NCBI GenBank assembly: GCA_977017645.1
Contig: OZ360223.1
Coordinates: forward strand, 1,922,001 to 1,986,000
Length of the DNA: 64,000 nt
Reading direction: 5' to 3'
Origin: Torpedo marmorata
Taxonomy: Eukaryota
Shown here: positions 1 to 12,926 of the stretch, piece by piece
How positions within the stretch are numbered: the stretch's first letter is position 1
How the letters are laid out: every line of letters begins with the position of its first letter
Translations under genes and position numbers: made by a program
Notes under the pieces: generated by a model
Databases searched by the model: none
What the model saw: the letters and a program-made list of their open reading frames with translations, nothing else
Told to the model about the DNA's origin: nothing

Positions 1-3000
1 TTCAGGGCCAGTAGTGTCGCTGTCCATACTGTGGCGTTCTCCCTCTCCACCTGTCCGTTCCCCCGTGGGTTGTACCCCATGGTCCTGCTGGTAGCGATGC
101 CTCGGGTCTGCAAGTGCTGTCGCAGCTCCCCGCTCATGAACGCAGACCCCCGGTCGCTGTGGACATAGCTGGGGAACCCGAACACGGTGAAAACCTGGTG
201 GAGAGCCTTGATAGCCGACGCCGCCGAGGTGTCTGGGCAGGGGATGGCAAAGGGGAACCGCGAGTACTCATCGATGATGTTGAGGAAGTACACATTGCGG
301 TTCGTGGAGGGGAGGGGGCCCTTGAAGTCTATACTGAGACGTTCGAACGGGCGGGTGGCTTTGACCAGCTGTGCTCTGTCGGGGCGGTAGTACTGCGGTT
401 TGCATTCCGCACAGACTCGGCAGCTGCTGGTCATGGTCTTGACCTCATCCAGGGAGAAAGGCAGGTTCCGTGCTTTAATGAAGTGGAACAGCCTGGTAAC
501 TCCTGGGTGGCAGAGGTCATTATGTAGGGAGTATAACCGGTCGATCTGCGCGCTGGCGCACGATCCCCGGGATAGAGCGTCAGGGGGCTCGTTGAGCTTC
601 CCGGGCCGGTAAAGGATGTCGTAATTGTAGGTGGAGAGTTCTATTCTCCACCTCATGATTTTATCATTTTTAATTTTACCCCGCTGCTGGCTGTTAAACA
701 TGAAAGCGACGGAGCGCTGGTCCGTCAGCAGGGTAAAATGTTTTCCGGCGAGATAGTGCCTCCAGTGCCGGACAGCCTCGACAATGGCCTGGGCCTCTTT
801 CTCTACCGCGGAGTGCCGAATTTCGGGGCCTTGAAGGGTGCGGGAGAAAAACGCTACCGGTCTTCCCGCCTGGTTGAGGGTAGCAGCCAGTGCGAAGTCC
901 GAGGCGTCACTCTCTACCTGAAAAGGTTCCGACTCGTCCACCGCGTGCATCGCTGCTCGGGCGATGTCCCCCTTTATGAGGTCGAAAGCCTCACGTGCCT
1001 CCGCTGCCAGGGGAAACTTGGTGGACTTGACGAGGGGTCGGGCTTTGTCCGAGTAGTTTGGGACCCACTGCGCATAATAGGAGAAAAACCCGAGGCATTG
1101 TTTAAGTGATTTGGGGTAACGGGGATCGGAAGTTCCAACAGGGGGCGCATGCGGTCGGGGTCGGGTCCAATCACCCCGTTTTCCACGACGCACCCCAGGA
1201 TAGCGAGTCGGGTAGTCCCGAACACGCATTTCTCCTTGTTATATGTGAGGTTCAGCGTCTCGGCCGCCTGTAAGAACTTCCGAAGGTTCCTGTCGTGATC
1301 CTGGCGATCATGACCACAGACGGTGATGTCGTCCAGGTACGGGAAGGTGGCAGTGAGCTTGAACTGGTCAATGATCCTGTCCATCTCCCTTTGGAACACG
1401 GATACCCCATTTGTTACCCCGAAGGGAACGCGCAGAAAATGGAATAATCTGCCGTCCGCCTCGAAAGCGGTGTATACTCGGTCCTCCCGGCGGATTGGGA
1501 GCTGGTGGTAAGCCGACTTAAGGTCGATGGTGGAGAAGACTTTGTATTGAGCAATCTGGTTGACCATATCCGCGATCTTCGGCAGCGGATAGGCGTCCAG
1601 TTGCGTGAACCGGTTGATGGTCTGGCTATAGTCCACCACCATCCGGCTCTTAGCCCCGTTCTTCACCACGACTACCTGTGCTCTCCAGGGGCTGTTACTG
1701 GGTGCAATGATCCCTTCCCCCAGTAAACGCTGCACCTCCGCCTTAATGAATGCCCTGTCCCCTGCACTGTATCGCCTACTTTTAGTTGCGATGGGCTTAC
1801 AGTCAGGGGTCAGGTTGGCGAAGAGTGGCGGGGGTTGGGTCCTTAGTGTGGAGAGACCACAGGTAGTCTGGGGCGTATTAATTAAATATTGGGGGTTAGT
1901 CACAACGATTGGGGGGTGGGGCCCATCATAGTGCATGGTGACGCTACGCAGGTGGCTTTGGAAGTCCAATCCCAGCAATACAGGAGCACACAAACGGGGC
2001 ATGATTAACAACGAAAACTCCCGATATTCCGTGCCCTGTACCACTATATTCGCCACACAACCCCCCCGGATGTCTGTTGTGTGCGTTCCAGACGCCATGG
2101 CCACCCTCTGGCTTACCGGTACAATGGTGAGGCCACAGCGCTGGGCAGTGTCAGGATGGATAAAACTTTCTGTACTGCCTGTGTCGAACAGGCAGGTGGT
2201 CTTATGCCCCTCAACGAGGATGTCCATCATGGATCTGGACAGTTGATGGGGCGCGCTCTGGTCCAGCGTCACGGATGCCAGGGTCGAGACGAAGTCTTGA
2301 TCTTGATCCGGTGGCAGCTCCCGTAGCTCGTACGTGTCGCTACGAGGGGGTGGAGCCGGGAGTGCTGGAAGTGCAGCGGTGAGATTATAAAATGGCCGCG
2401 CCGGAAATGTAGAGATCGGATGTGTGGACCAAGATGGCCGCCTCCAGTCCTCGCACGAGGTCTCCTCAGGAAGTGACGTCGGGTAAGATGGCCGCCCCCT
2501 CCCGTCGCACGTGGCGCTGCTGGAAAACGGAAGTGCTGCGCGCTGTGATGGCTGCCTCCAGACCTCACACGAGGTCTCCGCCGGAAGTGGAGTCGAGTAA
2601 GATGGCCGCTCCCGTACCTCGCACGCGGCGCTGCTCGGACCCGTGCGCGACTTGGAGCGGCAGACCTTAGCATAGTGGCCTTTCTTACCACAGCTAGAAC
2701 AAGTCGCGTCTCGGGCCGGGCAGCGCTTGCGCGGGTGTTTGTCGAGCCCGCAGATGTAGCACTTCTCGGGCTCCCGGGTGATAGCGGCAGCGGTTAACTC
2801 ACGGGTAGCGGCGGGCTCACGGGCAGCGGGTGCAGCGGCCAACTCACGGATAGCGTCGGATATCGAGTTTCTGCTCGTCGGTAGCCGCTCCGGACGACCT
2901 CACGTAGGCTGTGAAGCAGCGTTGCCACAGTTCAAAATCGCTTGCAGCGTCTTGGGCCAGGGGGTCGATGTCTAGCTTGTCTGGCTTTAACAAATTCTCC

Positions 3001-3285
3001 ATTGATTCGTATTTTGTTGAAACTGTTAATAAAATTGATATGCCTATCAATAACCGACACGAGTCTAGAAGTGCAGGAATTAACAAGGCTTTTATTAACA
3101 GAATCAAAGCCAGGGCTGACTATGCCTTGACCTGATGATCCCTGCTGGATTGTCCCGGAACTGGGGGAGGAGTTGCTGGCTCAAGGCCTTTATTCCAGGT
3201 AAAGGGGGAGGGGTCACCGGGACAGACAGACAGGTCATGGTCATACCTGCCTCAGGCCATAATACATACAAAGTGGTTTACCACA
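1..3285 (-). mobile_element. Ty3/Gypsy LTR retrotransposon A (5' LTR, deleted gag, protease, RT, RNase H, integrase running off the window start)
   Basis: ORF 974-2842 has a CCHC knuckle (CYICGLDKHPRKRC), protease LFDTGS and RT DLKSAYHQ/YLDD. RNase H and integrase (CHPGVTR, VDFKGP) continue after a frameshift. Gag starts near 3002 (MENLLKPDKLDIDP), and about 125 codons of capsid are missing near 2858 relative to element C. Confidence 0.95.
3036..3285 (-). repeat. 5' LTR of Gypsy element A
   Basis: On the minus strand it begins TGTGGTAAACCAC and ends TTATTGATAGGCATATCA, matching the termini of the element C LTRs. Confidence 0.85.
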
Positions 3286-3905
3286 CACAGGCTGACAGGA
3301 ATGTGAAGAATGCCGTCCAGCTCAACTGGAATAAATATCTGAAACACAAGGAAAGCAGAGGCTGGAACCCTGAGTGAATTAAAAACAAAATGCTGGAGGG
3401 ACGGAGCCGGTCATGCCGCATTCACGGAGAGAAGTGGTCAGTCAATGTTTTGGGTCGGAACCCTTTAATCAGACGAAAGTGGAAAGGGGAGATAGCGAGC
3501 ATAAAAAGGGAAAGAAAGTGGAGTGGCTGGGGTTGGGCCGAGGTGAGAGCATACTGGACAAAAGAATGTAGGAGATGTGGAGCAGGAAATCACTCGGGGT
3601 GGGGGGTGTGGTTGAAGGAACGGAAATGTTTGAGAAAGAAGTGAGAAAGATGGAAATAGTGGAGTAAAAACACATCTCATAGCTTGATGAAGGGCTCAAG
3701 CCTGAAACGTCAGTTATGTGTTTTTATCTTTGCTCTATAAATTACACAGTTTGACCTTCTGAGTTTCTCCAGCATTGTGTTTTTACTTCAATCACGGTGT
3801 CTGCAGACTTTTGTGTTTTACTTCCCATGGAAATAGTGGAACTGGATAAAGGTGCAGTTTCCCAAAATTGAAAAAAAACAATGTTCATGCTATTGGGTTT
3901 ATTAA

Positions 3906-5514
3906 CCCTTTGGATTCTGGCCATTTTTAACCTTTCATAATGTATGCTCCAGACTGGGTCCATGGGTAAACTACAGTACGAACCAGCTGGTGGTTGGGTA
4001 TAAAACCAGTCCTGGAAAACGGGGACATGGAGTATATGCACTTGTTGGTGGTCCCTAAAAACTGGGACACGGAGTATATGCACTTGTTGGTGGTCACTGA
4101 AAACCGGGGCACGGAGTATATGCACTTGTTGGTAGGCCCTGAAAACTGGGACACGGAGTATATGCGCTTGTTGGTGGTCCCTGAAAACTGGGACACGGAG
4201 TATATGCGTTTGTTGGTGGTCCCTGAAAACTGGGACATGGAGTATATGCGTTTGTTGGTGGTCCCTGAAAACGGGGACACAGAGTATATGCGCTTGTTGG
4301 TAGTCCCTGAAAACGGGGACACGGAGTATATGCACTTGTTGGTGGTCCCTGAAAACTGGGACACAGAGTATATGCGTTTGTTGGTGGTCCCTGAAAACCG
4401 GGACACGGAGTATATGCACTTGTTGGTGGTCACTGAAAACCGGGGCACGGAGTATACGCGCTTGTTGGTGGTCACTGAAAACCGGGACACGGAGTATATG
4501 CACTTGTTGGTAGGCCCTGAAAACTGGGACACAGAGTATATGCGCTTGTTGGTGGTCCCTGAAAACTGGGACACGGAGTATATGCGTTTGTTGGTGGTCC
4601 CTGAAAACGGGGACACAGAGTATATGCGCTTGTTGGTAGTCCCTGAAAACGGGGACACGGAGTATATGCACTTGTTGGTGGTCCCTGAAAACTGGGACAC
4701 GGAGTATATGCGCTTGTTGGTGGTCCCTGAAAACTGGGACACGGAGTATATGCGCTTGTTGGTAGTCCCTGAAAACCAGGACACGGAGTATATGTGCTTG
4801 TTGGTAGTCCCTGAAAACGGGGACACGGAGTATATGCACTTGTTGGTAGTCACTGAAAACCAGGACACGGAGTATATGAGCTTGTTGGTAGTCCCTGAAA
4901 ACTGGGACACGGAGGATATGCACTTGTTGGTAGTCCCTGAAAACTGGGACACGGAGGATATGCACTTGTTGGTGGTCCCTGAAAACTGGGACACGGAGTA
5001 TATGAGCTTGTTGGTAGTCCCTGAAAACTGGGACACGGAGTATATGCACTTGTTGGTAGTCACTGAAAACCGGGACACTGAGTATATGCGCTTGTTGGTA
5101 GGCCCTGAAAACTGGGACACGGAGTATATGCGCTTGTTGGTGGTCCCTGAAAACTGGGACATGGAGTATATGCGTTTGTTGGTGGTCCCTGAAAACTGGG
5201 ACACGGAGTATATGCACTTGTTGGTAGTTCCTGAAAACTGGGACACGGAGTATATGTGCTTGTTGGTGGTCCCTGAAAACTGGGACACGGAGTATATGCG
5301 CTTGTTGGTGGTCCCTGAAAACGGGGACACAGAGTATATGTGCTTGTTGGTGGTCCCTGAAAACCGGGGACACCGAGTATATGCGCTTGTTGGTGGTCCC
5401 TGAAAACCGGGGACACCGAGTATATGCGCTTGTTGGTGGTCCCTGAAAACCGGGGACACCGAGTATATGCACTTGTTGGTAGTCCCTGAAAACGGGGTCA
5501 CAGAGTCCAAAGGG
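3906..5514. mobile_element. Non-autonomous piggyBac-like element (MITE) filled with a minisatellite
   Basis: TIRs CCCTTTGGATTCTG (3906) and CAGAGTCCAAAGGG (5501-5514) are flanked on both sides by TTAA. Confidence 0.85.
4012..5497. repeat. 42-bp minisatellite, about 35 copies
   Basis: Unit ctgaaaactgggacacggagtatatgcacttgttggtggtcc. The last units are 43-bp variants. Confidence 0.97.
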
Positions 5515-6688
5515 TTAAGGCTATCCAGGAGGAATATATGCTGTTTCTCAAGTTTATGATTGGCCTTGTCTTGGTAATGGATGATGCTGAGGGGAGACGA
5601 GTCTGTGTCCCGACCCAAAACACTGAATGACCATTTTTCCCCCTGGATGCTGCCTGACCCATTGAGACTCTCCAGTTTCCCTTTGTTCACTCAGAATAAA
5701 TTACAACTTGATTTTTTTTGTTTGCCAACTGCAAGTGGTTGCGCACAGATAATAGCATCATGCTTCGTAAACTATTGGCTTTGTAGCTGTGACATGCCAT
5801 TGCAGTGGTTTCGATTTTCTTTTTCTCTATTTATCCAAAGTACATTTTACCGATTGTATACATTAAAAAATCCTAAGCAATTTCAAGACAATCCTCACTC
5901 ATCCTAATATGTTGTCACTGTTTAAAATGCCCAATAGGAAAAACTCGTCCAGTATTTACTCTGTCCTTTGAAAAGTCAGTCTCTGCTAAAATTACACTGG
6001 ACAACAAATATTTTTCAAAATGTTTGCTTCTTCAAATAAAATTGGGGATTATGATAGACAACTTCAAGCTGAACACAAAGATAATTTCAGATTTGCTGTA
6101 TCACGTAGGAAGTTGGAGAAACATTAAATTAACTTTTATTGAATTTAGCATGTTTAATCGCATAATGATGCTGACACATTGCATTAGTTCAACTGATCTA
6201 AAAATGTTTTGCCGCTGATTTTCGTTTGTACTCAGCACCTGATGCCTCTTGTGTTAGTGTCGAACAATAGTCGGCCAGCACTGATGGATTCCAGTTGCCC
6301 TGATACCACTTTTCCATGGTCGCAATGTCCCGGTGAAACCTTTCTCCGTGTTCGTCACTGACTGCACCAAGATCAGCAGGGAAGAAGTCCAAGTGCGAAC
6401 GCAGAAAATGAATTTTCAATGACATGTTGCACTTCATGGTTTTGTATGCTTGAAGCAGGTTTTCAATCAACTGGATGTTGTTTGGTGCTCTATATTTGCC
6501 AAGAAAATCCTCAACAACATCTTTAAATGCCTTCCATGCCTAAGACAACATTTATATAGCACCTGGACTGACCAAAACAGCTTGCTTTGTGGGTAATATA
6601 CTAGTAGACCTCAAATATGACAGGAAATCACAAAAATAGGTTATATCTAAAAAAACGGTGCGTGATAGAAAAATTATAAGATGATTTT

Positions 6689-9600
6689 CATCGTATATAT
6701 TGTTATGGACCATGACTGACCATTTGGACTGCGGACGGTCAACAGGAAGGATGAATTCTTTTGGAGTATACACTGGGGCCAGGTACTGAAAGAGTTAATT
6801 TCCCCAGCTGCTTGGTGTACCCAGACAAGATACATTGTTGCACTCTTGGTGTACCCAGACAGAGAGAGAGACCAGAGAGAGAGAGAGACAGACTGGACAA
6901 GATACATTTGTTTCACTTTTGCAAAAAGCAGGTGCAGATTTCTGCAGGAAAAGCAGACAGTTGTAAGTTGCAAAGGCTACAGGACACAGCCAAATCCAGG
7001 CTTGTGAAAGCCAGAGAAAATCACTGGCAGAAGAGCACATGGCCTCTTGTCTCAGAGAGAAATTCTGAGAAAAAGCAACTTCAGTGGAGAACAGGCGTGA
7101 GATCAGCGAGACTAGCTGTGAGATTCAAGCACACGCCTAAATCAGTGGTATACTGATCTGGAACTTGCAATCCTTATGAACCTACAAGAAGGGGACGTCA
7201 TCAGAGAAGAAAACAAGTATTTGTAAGCATAACAGTCATTGTCTCTCTCCAACGTTCATTCAGAAGTACTTCTACCAGACACAGAGCTGAAGTTGAAGCC
7301 TGAACTGAGAGAGTGGATTTTGTAGACTATATTATCCTTTTTTTTTTGACTGACTTGTTTTTTATGACTGACCTGGGGTTTTTGGGGAAAGTTTTTCCAT
7401 TTTTACATAAGGGTTGGGCAAAGACTGTAATGGTCTGGGCTTTATACACACACACACACACCTTTTAGATAAGAATAGTGTTTATAGACGTTTATAGTGG
7501 GGTTAATTGTTGTGAAATTATATGTTTAATTGTGTTTAATAAATAGTAATTTCAATTTTACCCCTTTTGCATTGCGTCTTCTGTCGTTGCTGGTTTGATT
7601 TTGTAACAATATCAATACATCATCTGCAAATAAACTAATTTTATGTTCTTCCGCTCCAACTTTAATACCTACAATTTTAACATCTTTTCTAACTAATTCT
7701 GCCAAAGGTTCTATCGCTAAAGTAAATAATGCTGGTGACAAAGGACATCCTTGTCTAGTAGATCTAGTCAGGGGAAATCTATTACATCTTTAGTACAATT
7801 GTCTGCTTTATTGAGAGAATATGGGGAAATATCTGGATATAAAATTAATTCTGTTAAAAGTGAAATTATGGCATTAACACAAGGGGATTATAGTAAACGT
7901 AAAGAAATTACACAATTTAAATGGGCAAAAGAAGGAATTAAATATTTGGGAATAAAGATTGATACAAAATTGGCTAATTTATATAAATTAAATTATCTAC
8001 CATTGTTTATGAAAATTAAAAAAGATTTAGAAAATTGGAAAGATTTACCTATAACTTTAATGGGAAGGGTAAATTGTATTAAAATGAATGTTTTTCCAAG
8101 AATTCAATATCTTTTTCAATCAATTCCTTATGAAATTCCTCCATTTTTTAAAGATTTAAATTCAATTATTAGGAAGTTTTTATGGAAAGGAAAGTTGGCA
8201 AGGGTAGGTATAGAAAAATTAACTTGGAATTACGAAATGGGTGGTTTACAACTTCTTAATTTTCAAAATTATTATAAAGCAGCTCAATTAAAATTTGTTA
8301 ATGAATTTTTTGATTTAACTCAATCTTCTGCTTGGATCAGAATAGAATTAAATAATATAGGAGAAGATTCTAAAGAAGTAGTTATTTATAAATGGGATTC
8401 TAAATTAATATCAACAAGAAGGAAAATTTCTCCTATTCTTAAACATTTGTTAGAAATATGGAACAAGACGGATAAGGAAATAGGAGGAAAAGGAACGATT
8501 TCTCCAAAGATGCCTTTATATCAAAATGAACTTATTCCATTTACTATTAATAATCAATTATTTAAAATTTGGTTTCAAAAAGGAATTAAGAAAATAAATG
8601 ACTGTTTTGAAGCTGGGAAATTTATTACTTTTCAAAGAATGAAAGATAAATTCAATATATTGGATAATACACTTTTTGCTTATTATCAAATTAGAGCATT
8701 TTTGGTTGGGAAATTAGGTTATAGTTTGATCTTACCAAGACAGAATGAATTAGAATTATTAGTTACTAAAGGAGATGTAAATAAATTTATTTCTCAAATG
8801 TATAGATTGTTTCAGAGAAAAATTCCTAAAGTAGGAATTCATAAATCAAGATTAAAATGGGAATTAGATTTGAATGTAACAATAGATGAAAATCATTGGA
8901 AAGAATTATGTAAATTAAGTATGACGAAGATTATTAATGTTAGATATAGATTAGTACAATACAAATTTTTTCATCAATTATATTTAACACCTAAAAAATT
9001 AAAGAAATTTAATCCGACGTTATCACGTTTATGTTTGAGATGTAATAAAGAGGAAGGTTCTTTTGTACATTCTACATGGTTTTGTCCAAAAGTTTATGAT
9101 TTTTGGTTGAAAGTTAAAAATTTTTAGATAAAGTATTTAAAATTACATTCCCAATGGATCCTATGATATTTTTTTTTGGAGATATTAAAAAATTTAGTAT
9201 TAAGATGAAATTAAACATGTATCAAATAGAATTTCTGCAAATTGCTTTAGCTGTTTCAAAGAAATGTATTGCTATTACTTGGAAATCTGATGTAGATTTA
9301 GGATTAGAAAGATGGCATGCAGAACTTCGTTCTTGTATACCACTTGAAAAAATTACTTATAATCTACGTAATAAATTCATTTCTTTTTAAAAATTTGGAG
9401 CCCATATATGAAAGTTGTCGGTTTAAGGATCTGAAGATCTCTGGACATCGGATCTACTGGCATACCTGACCTCCATAATAAAATTAGTTTATAGATGTTT
9501 TTTTAGATTGACATTCTCCTTACTCTATCTTTTTTTTCTTTTCCTTTTTATTTTTATTTTATTAGATTAGTAGGGATGGGAGGGTTAGGGAGGGGAGGGG

Positions 9601-9692
9601 GGTGAAAATGTATCACAAGTATTTTGATAACTTTATATTTTACCTTATGTATTTTGTGATTTAAAATTTTAAATAAAATATTTTTTTAAAAA
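6689..9692 (+). mobile_element. 5'-truncated L1-clade LINE with 5' inversion (inverted RT piece 6689-7771, forward ORF2 3' half about 7775-9433, 3' UTR and A-tail)
   Basis: The inverted part encodes RQGCPLSP...SLFADDVLIY. The forward part continues KSITSLVQL...YLGI...CLRC..H..W.C. There is an approximate TSD a(a/g)gatgattt at 6678 and 9693. Confidence 0.9.
6701..7608 (+). mobile_element. Solo LTR (about 908 bp), copy 1
   Basis: TGTTA...TAACA termini, 4-bp TSD ATAT, AATAAA near 7538. An inverted near-identical copy lies at 27101-28009. Confidence 0.88.
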
Positions 9693-9738
9693 AAGGATGA
9701 TTTATGTGATCAGCAGCCCAAAATCCATAAAATACACC

Positions 9739-12700
9739 CTGGCTGTTTGGCACTGTGTGCATGCCTTGGCCCACCCGCTGACTTGTTTCCGCAATCCATG
9801 CCACGCGTACTTGCTGGCCACCAACCGGACCGTGGTCCTGATTGATGGATGTGCCAGTCCGTGGATGGAGTAGAAAACTCGTTGTCTCCATGCCGTTGGG
9901 ACGATAGGTCGAACCTGCCCGGTGGCCACGTCGCTCAGGAGGGTAGAGTTATCTGTGCCGACTGGGATGTCCTGAAGCTGCAGCCCCGTGACGGCGGTCC
10001 TGTACTGAGGCATCTCGTTGTCCTGCTGCTGTGCCTCCGTCAGTGCCACAAAATCCAGTCCGTTAGCCAGAGAATGGATGCTCTGTCTCGACAAGGCGTC
10101 CGCGACCAAGTTGTCTTTTCCCGAGATGTGCCTTACGGCGGTGGTGTAATCCGAGACGTAAGACAAGTGTCTCTGCTGGCGGGCTGACCAGGGATGGGAG
10201 ATCTTGGCCAGGGCGAACGTCAGTGGCTTGTGGTCCGTGAAAGCCCTTCCCTCTAGGAAGTACTACAAAGTGGCGGGTGGCTAAGTACAGCACCAGTAGC
10301 TCTCTGTCAAAAGCACTGTACTTTAGCTCAGGGGGCCGCAGATGTTTGCTGAACAAAGCTAGTGGCCGCCAACTTCCTTCTATCTGCTGCTCCAGAAGTC
10401 CACCAATCGCCGTTCCTGAGGCATCGACCGTGAGGGCTGTGGGTGCGTCTGACCTGGGGTGGGCCAGGAGTGTAGCATTAGCCAGGGCTTCCTTCGCTTC
10501 CACGAACGCTCGTGCGGAGTCATCATCCCAGGTCAAGTCCTTCGCCTTGCCGGTCATCAGGGTGAAGTGTGGGCGCATGTTCGAGCAGCTGCGGGGATGA
10601 ATCTGCAATAAAAGTTGACCATCCCCACGAACTCCTGCAGTCCTTTGGCCGTACTGGGCCTCGGGAAGTTGCAGATAGCCTCCACCTTGCTGGGTTGTGG
10701 CGTGGCCCTGCATTTGGTAATCCTGTGGCCCAGGAAGTCAATCGTGCTCAGCCCGAACTGGCATTTAGACAGGTTGATAGTAAGGCCGAACTCACGTAGG
10801 CGACTGTAGAGGCTTCGGAGGTGTTGTAGATGTTCCTGCCGGGTTCTGCTCACCACCAGGATATCGTCTAAGTAGACGAAGGTGCCGTCCAGGTCTCAGC
10901 CCACCGCACCCATCAGTCGCTGGAAGGTCTGTGCCGCATTCTTGAGCCCGAATGGCATTGTCAGGAACTCGAACAGCCCGAATGGAGTGATGATGGCCGT
11001 CTTGGGGATGTCATCAGGGTGCACCGCGATTTGGTGGTACCCTCGCACCAAGTCCACTTTGGAGAAGATCGTCGCTCCGTGCAGGTTTTCCGCAAAGTCC
11101 TGGATATGTGGCACGGGGTAACGATCTGGAGTAGTGGCCTCGTTAAGCTGGTGGTAGTCGCCGCACGGTCTCCAGCCCCCAGATGCTTTGGGCACCATGT
11201 GCAGGGGAGAAGCCCATGGACTGTCCGACCGCCGAGTGATGCCTAACTCCTCGAGCTTGTGGAACTCCTCCTTGGCCAGTTGAAGCTTCTCTGGGGGAAG
11301 TCGTCTCGCCCTTGCGTGAGAGGTGGACCCTTGGTAAGGATGTGATGCCGTGTCGGGGCACCTCCACCATGAACTGAGGGGAAAGGATTGCCGTGAACTC
11401 GCCCAGCGCTTTGGAGAACTCATCATCCAAGCTGTGGACGGAGTCCAAGTGCAGTGCCGGGAGCCCGGCGCCCCTCAGTGCGAAGGTTTGGAACGTTTCC
11501 GTGTGCACGAGTCTCTTGCCCTTGAGGTCCACAAAAAAGTCCGCTCCGAGGAGTGGCTGTTCCACTGCGGCCAGCGTGAACTCCCACGAGAAGTGACTGC
11601 CTCTGAACTGCAGCTCGGCCCTACGCTTGCCAAAGGTCTGTATGCTGCTGTTGTTGGCAGCCCTCAACGTGGGGCCCACTTGCCTGCATCTTGTGTCCAA
11701 ACCTGTCAGGGCATCACGCTGACCTCCGCTCCTGTATCCACCAAGAATCGTCTACCGGAAAAGCAATCCCATACGTACAGGAGGCTCTCTCGATGGCCAG
11801 CCATCGTGGCCATCAGCGACGGCTGGCCTTGTCGTTTCCCTGGAACTCGCAGGGCGACCGGCATCGGCGGGCCTCGGAGCCCCATCTTTGGTGGTAGAAG
11901 CACCATCTCTCCTTGGACTCGTCCCTGCCTCTTGCCTGCCGCTCCTTTCCAGGGCCTGCCTTGGACTGGTTGTGAGACTTCGTGACAAGCCCCACGGTAG
12001 CCGAGCACTTCTGTTTCTGCTTCCACAGAATATCTGCCCATGCTGCGACTTTCCGGGGGTCGCTGAAATCCGTGTCAGCCAGGAGCAGTTGGATGTCCTC
12101 GGGCAGCTGCTCCAAGAACGCCTGCTCGAACATGACGCAGGGCTCGTGGTCTCCCAGGAGGGCTAGCATCTCGTTCATGTGCGCTGACGGGGATCTGTCC
12201 CCTAGCCCATCCAGGTGGAGCAGCCGTGCCCCTCTCTCTCGCCGCGAGAGCCCGAAGGTCTCAGTCAATAGCTCTTTGAAGGCAGTGTAAGTGCCTTCCG
12301 ATGGTGGCCTCTGGATGAAGTTGGCCACCCTGTCTGCAGTCTCTGGATCCAGGGCGCTGACCACATGGTAGTACCGTGTGGTCTCAGCTGTGATGCCCCG
12401 AATCTGGAACTGAACCTCAGCCTGGTCGAACCACACGCCGGATCGAACTGTCCAGAAGGTCGGGAGCTTGAGGCCGACTGCGCTGATCGCTGCTTCGCTA
12501 TCCATCGCTGGGTTTAGATGCCGTCTAAACCATCGGGGTCACCAATTATAGCCGCCTGCTACGAACAAGCACACACACGCAGTGTGGAAGGTTAAGCACT
12601 CTCCTTTATTGAGGCTGGAAATGCTTCTTTTATACGGTTGGAGTTCCTGCCGTTTGGTTGATTGGTTGACATCAGACGCATGAATAACAATAGCAGGCGG

Positions 12701-12926
12701 GAACGTTCTTGCATATGAATACACATCTTCCCCAGCCTGGTATTGATCTGTTAGCTGGGCAGCTTGGCCAGCGCCATTTTAGGGCTGCTGGTCTTGTACT
12801 GTTCCAGCTTTCAACCGCGCCGGTTCGTTATGCTGAGGGTCGCGTTACAGTGTGTTATGCCGCTGTTTACTACAGCGCGCGCTGCGCGATGTGCCGGCTC
12901 CATCTCCGCGGTGACGGGCCGCCACA
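9739..12926 (-). mobile_element. Ty3/Gypsy element B (CsRn1-like), 3'-truncated in integrase
   Basis: Gag KLPTFW...WFDQAEVQF (11813-12505), protease [34 protein letters not shown], RNase H TVDAS, integrase H-H-C-C. Many frameshifts. 5' LTR at 12547-12926. Confidence 0.93.
12533..12544 (-). promoter_or_regulatory. Primer-binding site (tRNA-Trp type) of element B
   Basis: TGGTGACCCCGA lies 2 nt inside the LTR end, as typical of CsRn1-clade elements. Confidence 0.8.

Larger units (their letters stand above)
3340..5690. repeat. Degenerate Penelope-type terminal repeat fragments, interrupted by the piggyBac-like element
   Basis: Motifs such as aaatgctggagg..., gaagggctcaagcctgaaacgtc and gacctgctgagtttctccagca recur at 12930-13040, 14303-14440 and 48200-48370. 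Confidence 0.55.
5995..9738 (-). mobile_element. Internally deleted CMC/Chapaev3-type DNA transposon, split by an L1 insertion (own sequence 5995-6688 and 9693-9738)
   Basis: Transposase C-terminus MSLKIHFLRSHLDFFPADLGAVSDEHGERFHRDIATMEKWYQG at 6198-6470. Terminus tta|CACTGGACAAC at 5995. The other end is truncated. Confidence 0.75.

Noticed and set aside
3742-5690. ORFs of 469-587 aa on both strands
   Set aside because: They are translations of the 42-bp minisatellite (14-aa period), with no domain or splice support.
5794-5907. MPLQWFRFSFSLFIQST... resembling the human IL17RC signal peptide start
   Set aside because: It ends in a stop codon with no good phase-0 donor and lacks the conserved Cys, so it is probably coincidence.
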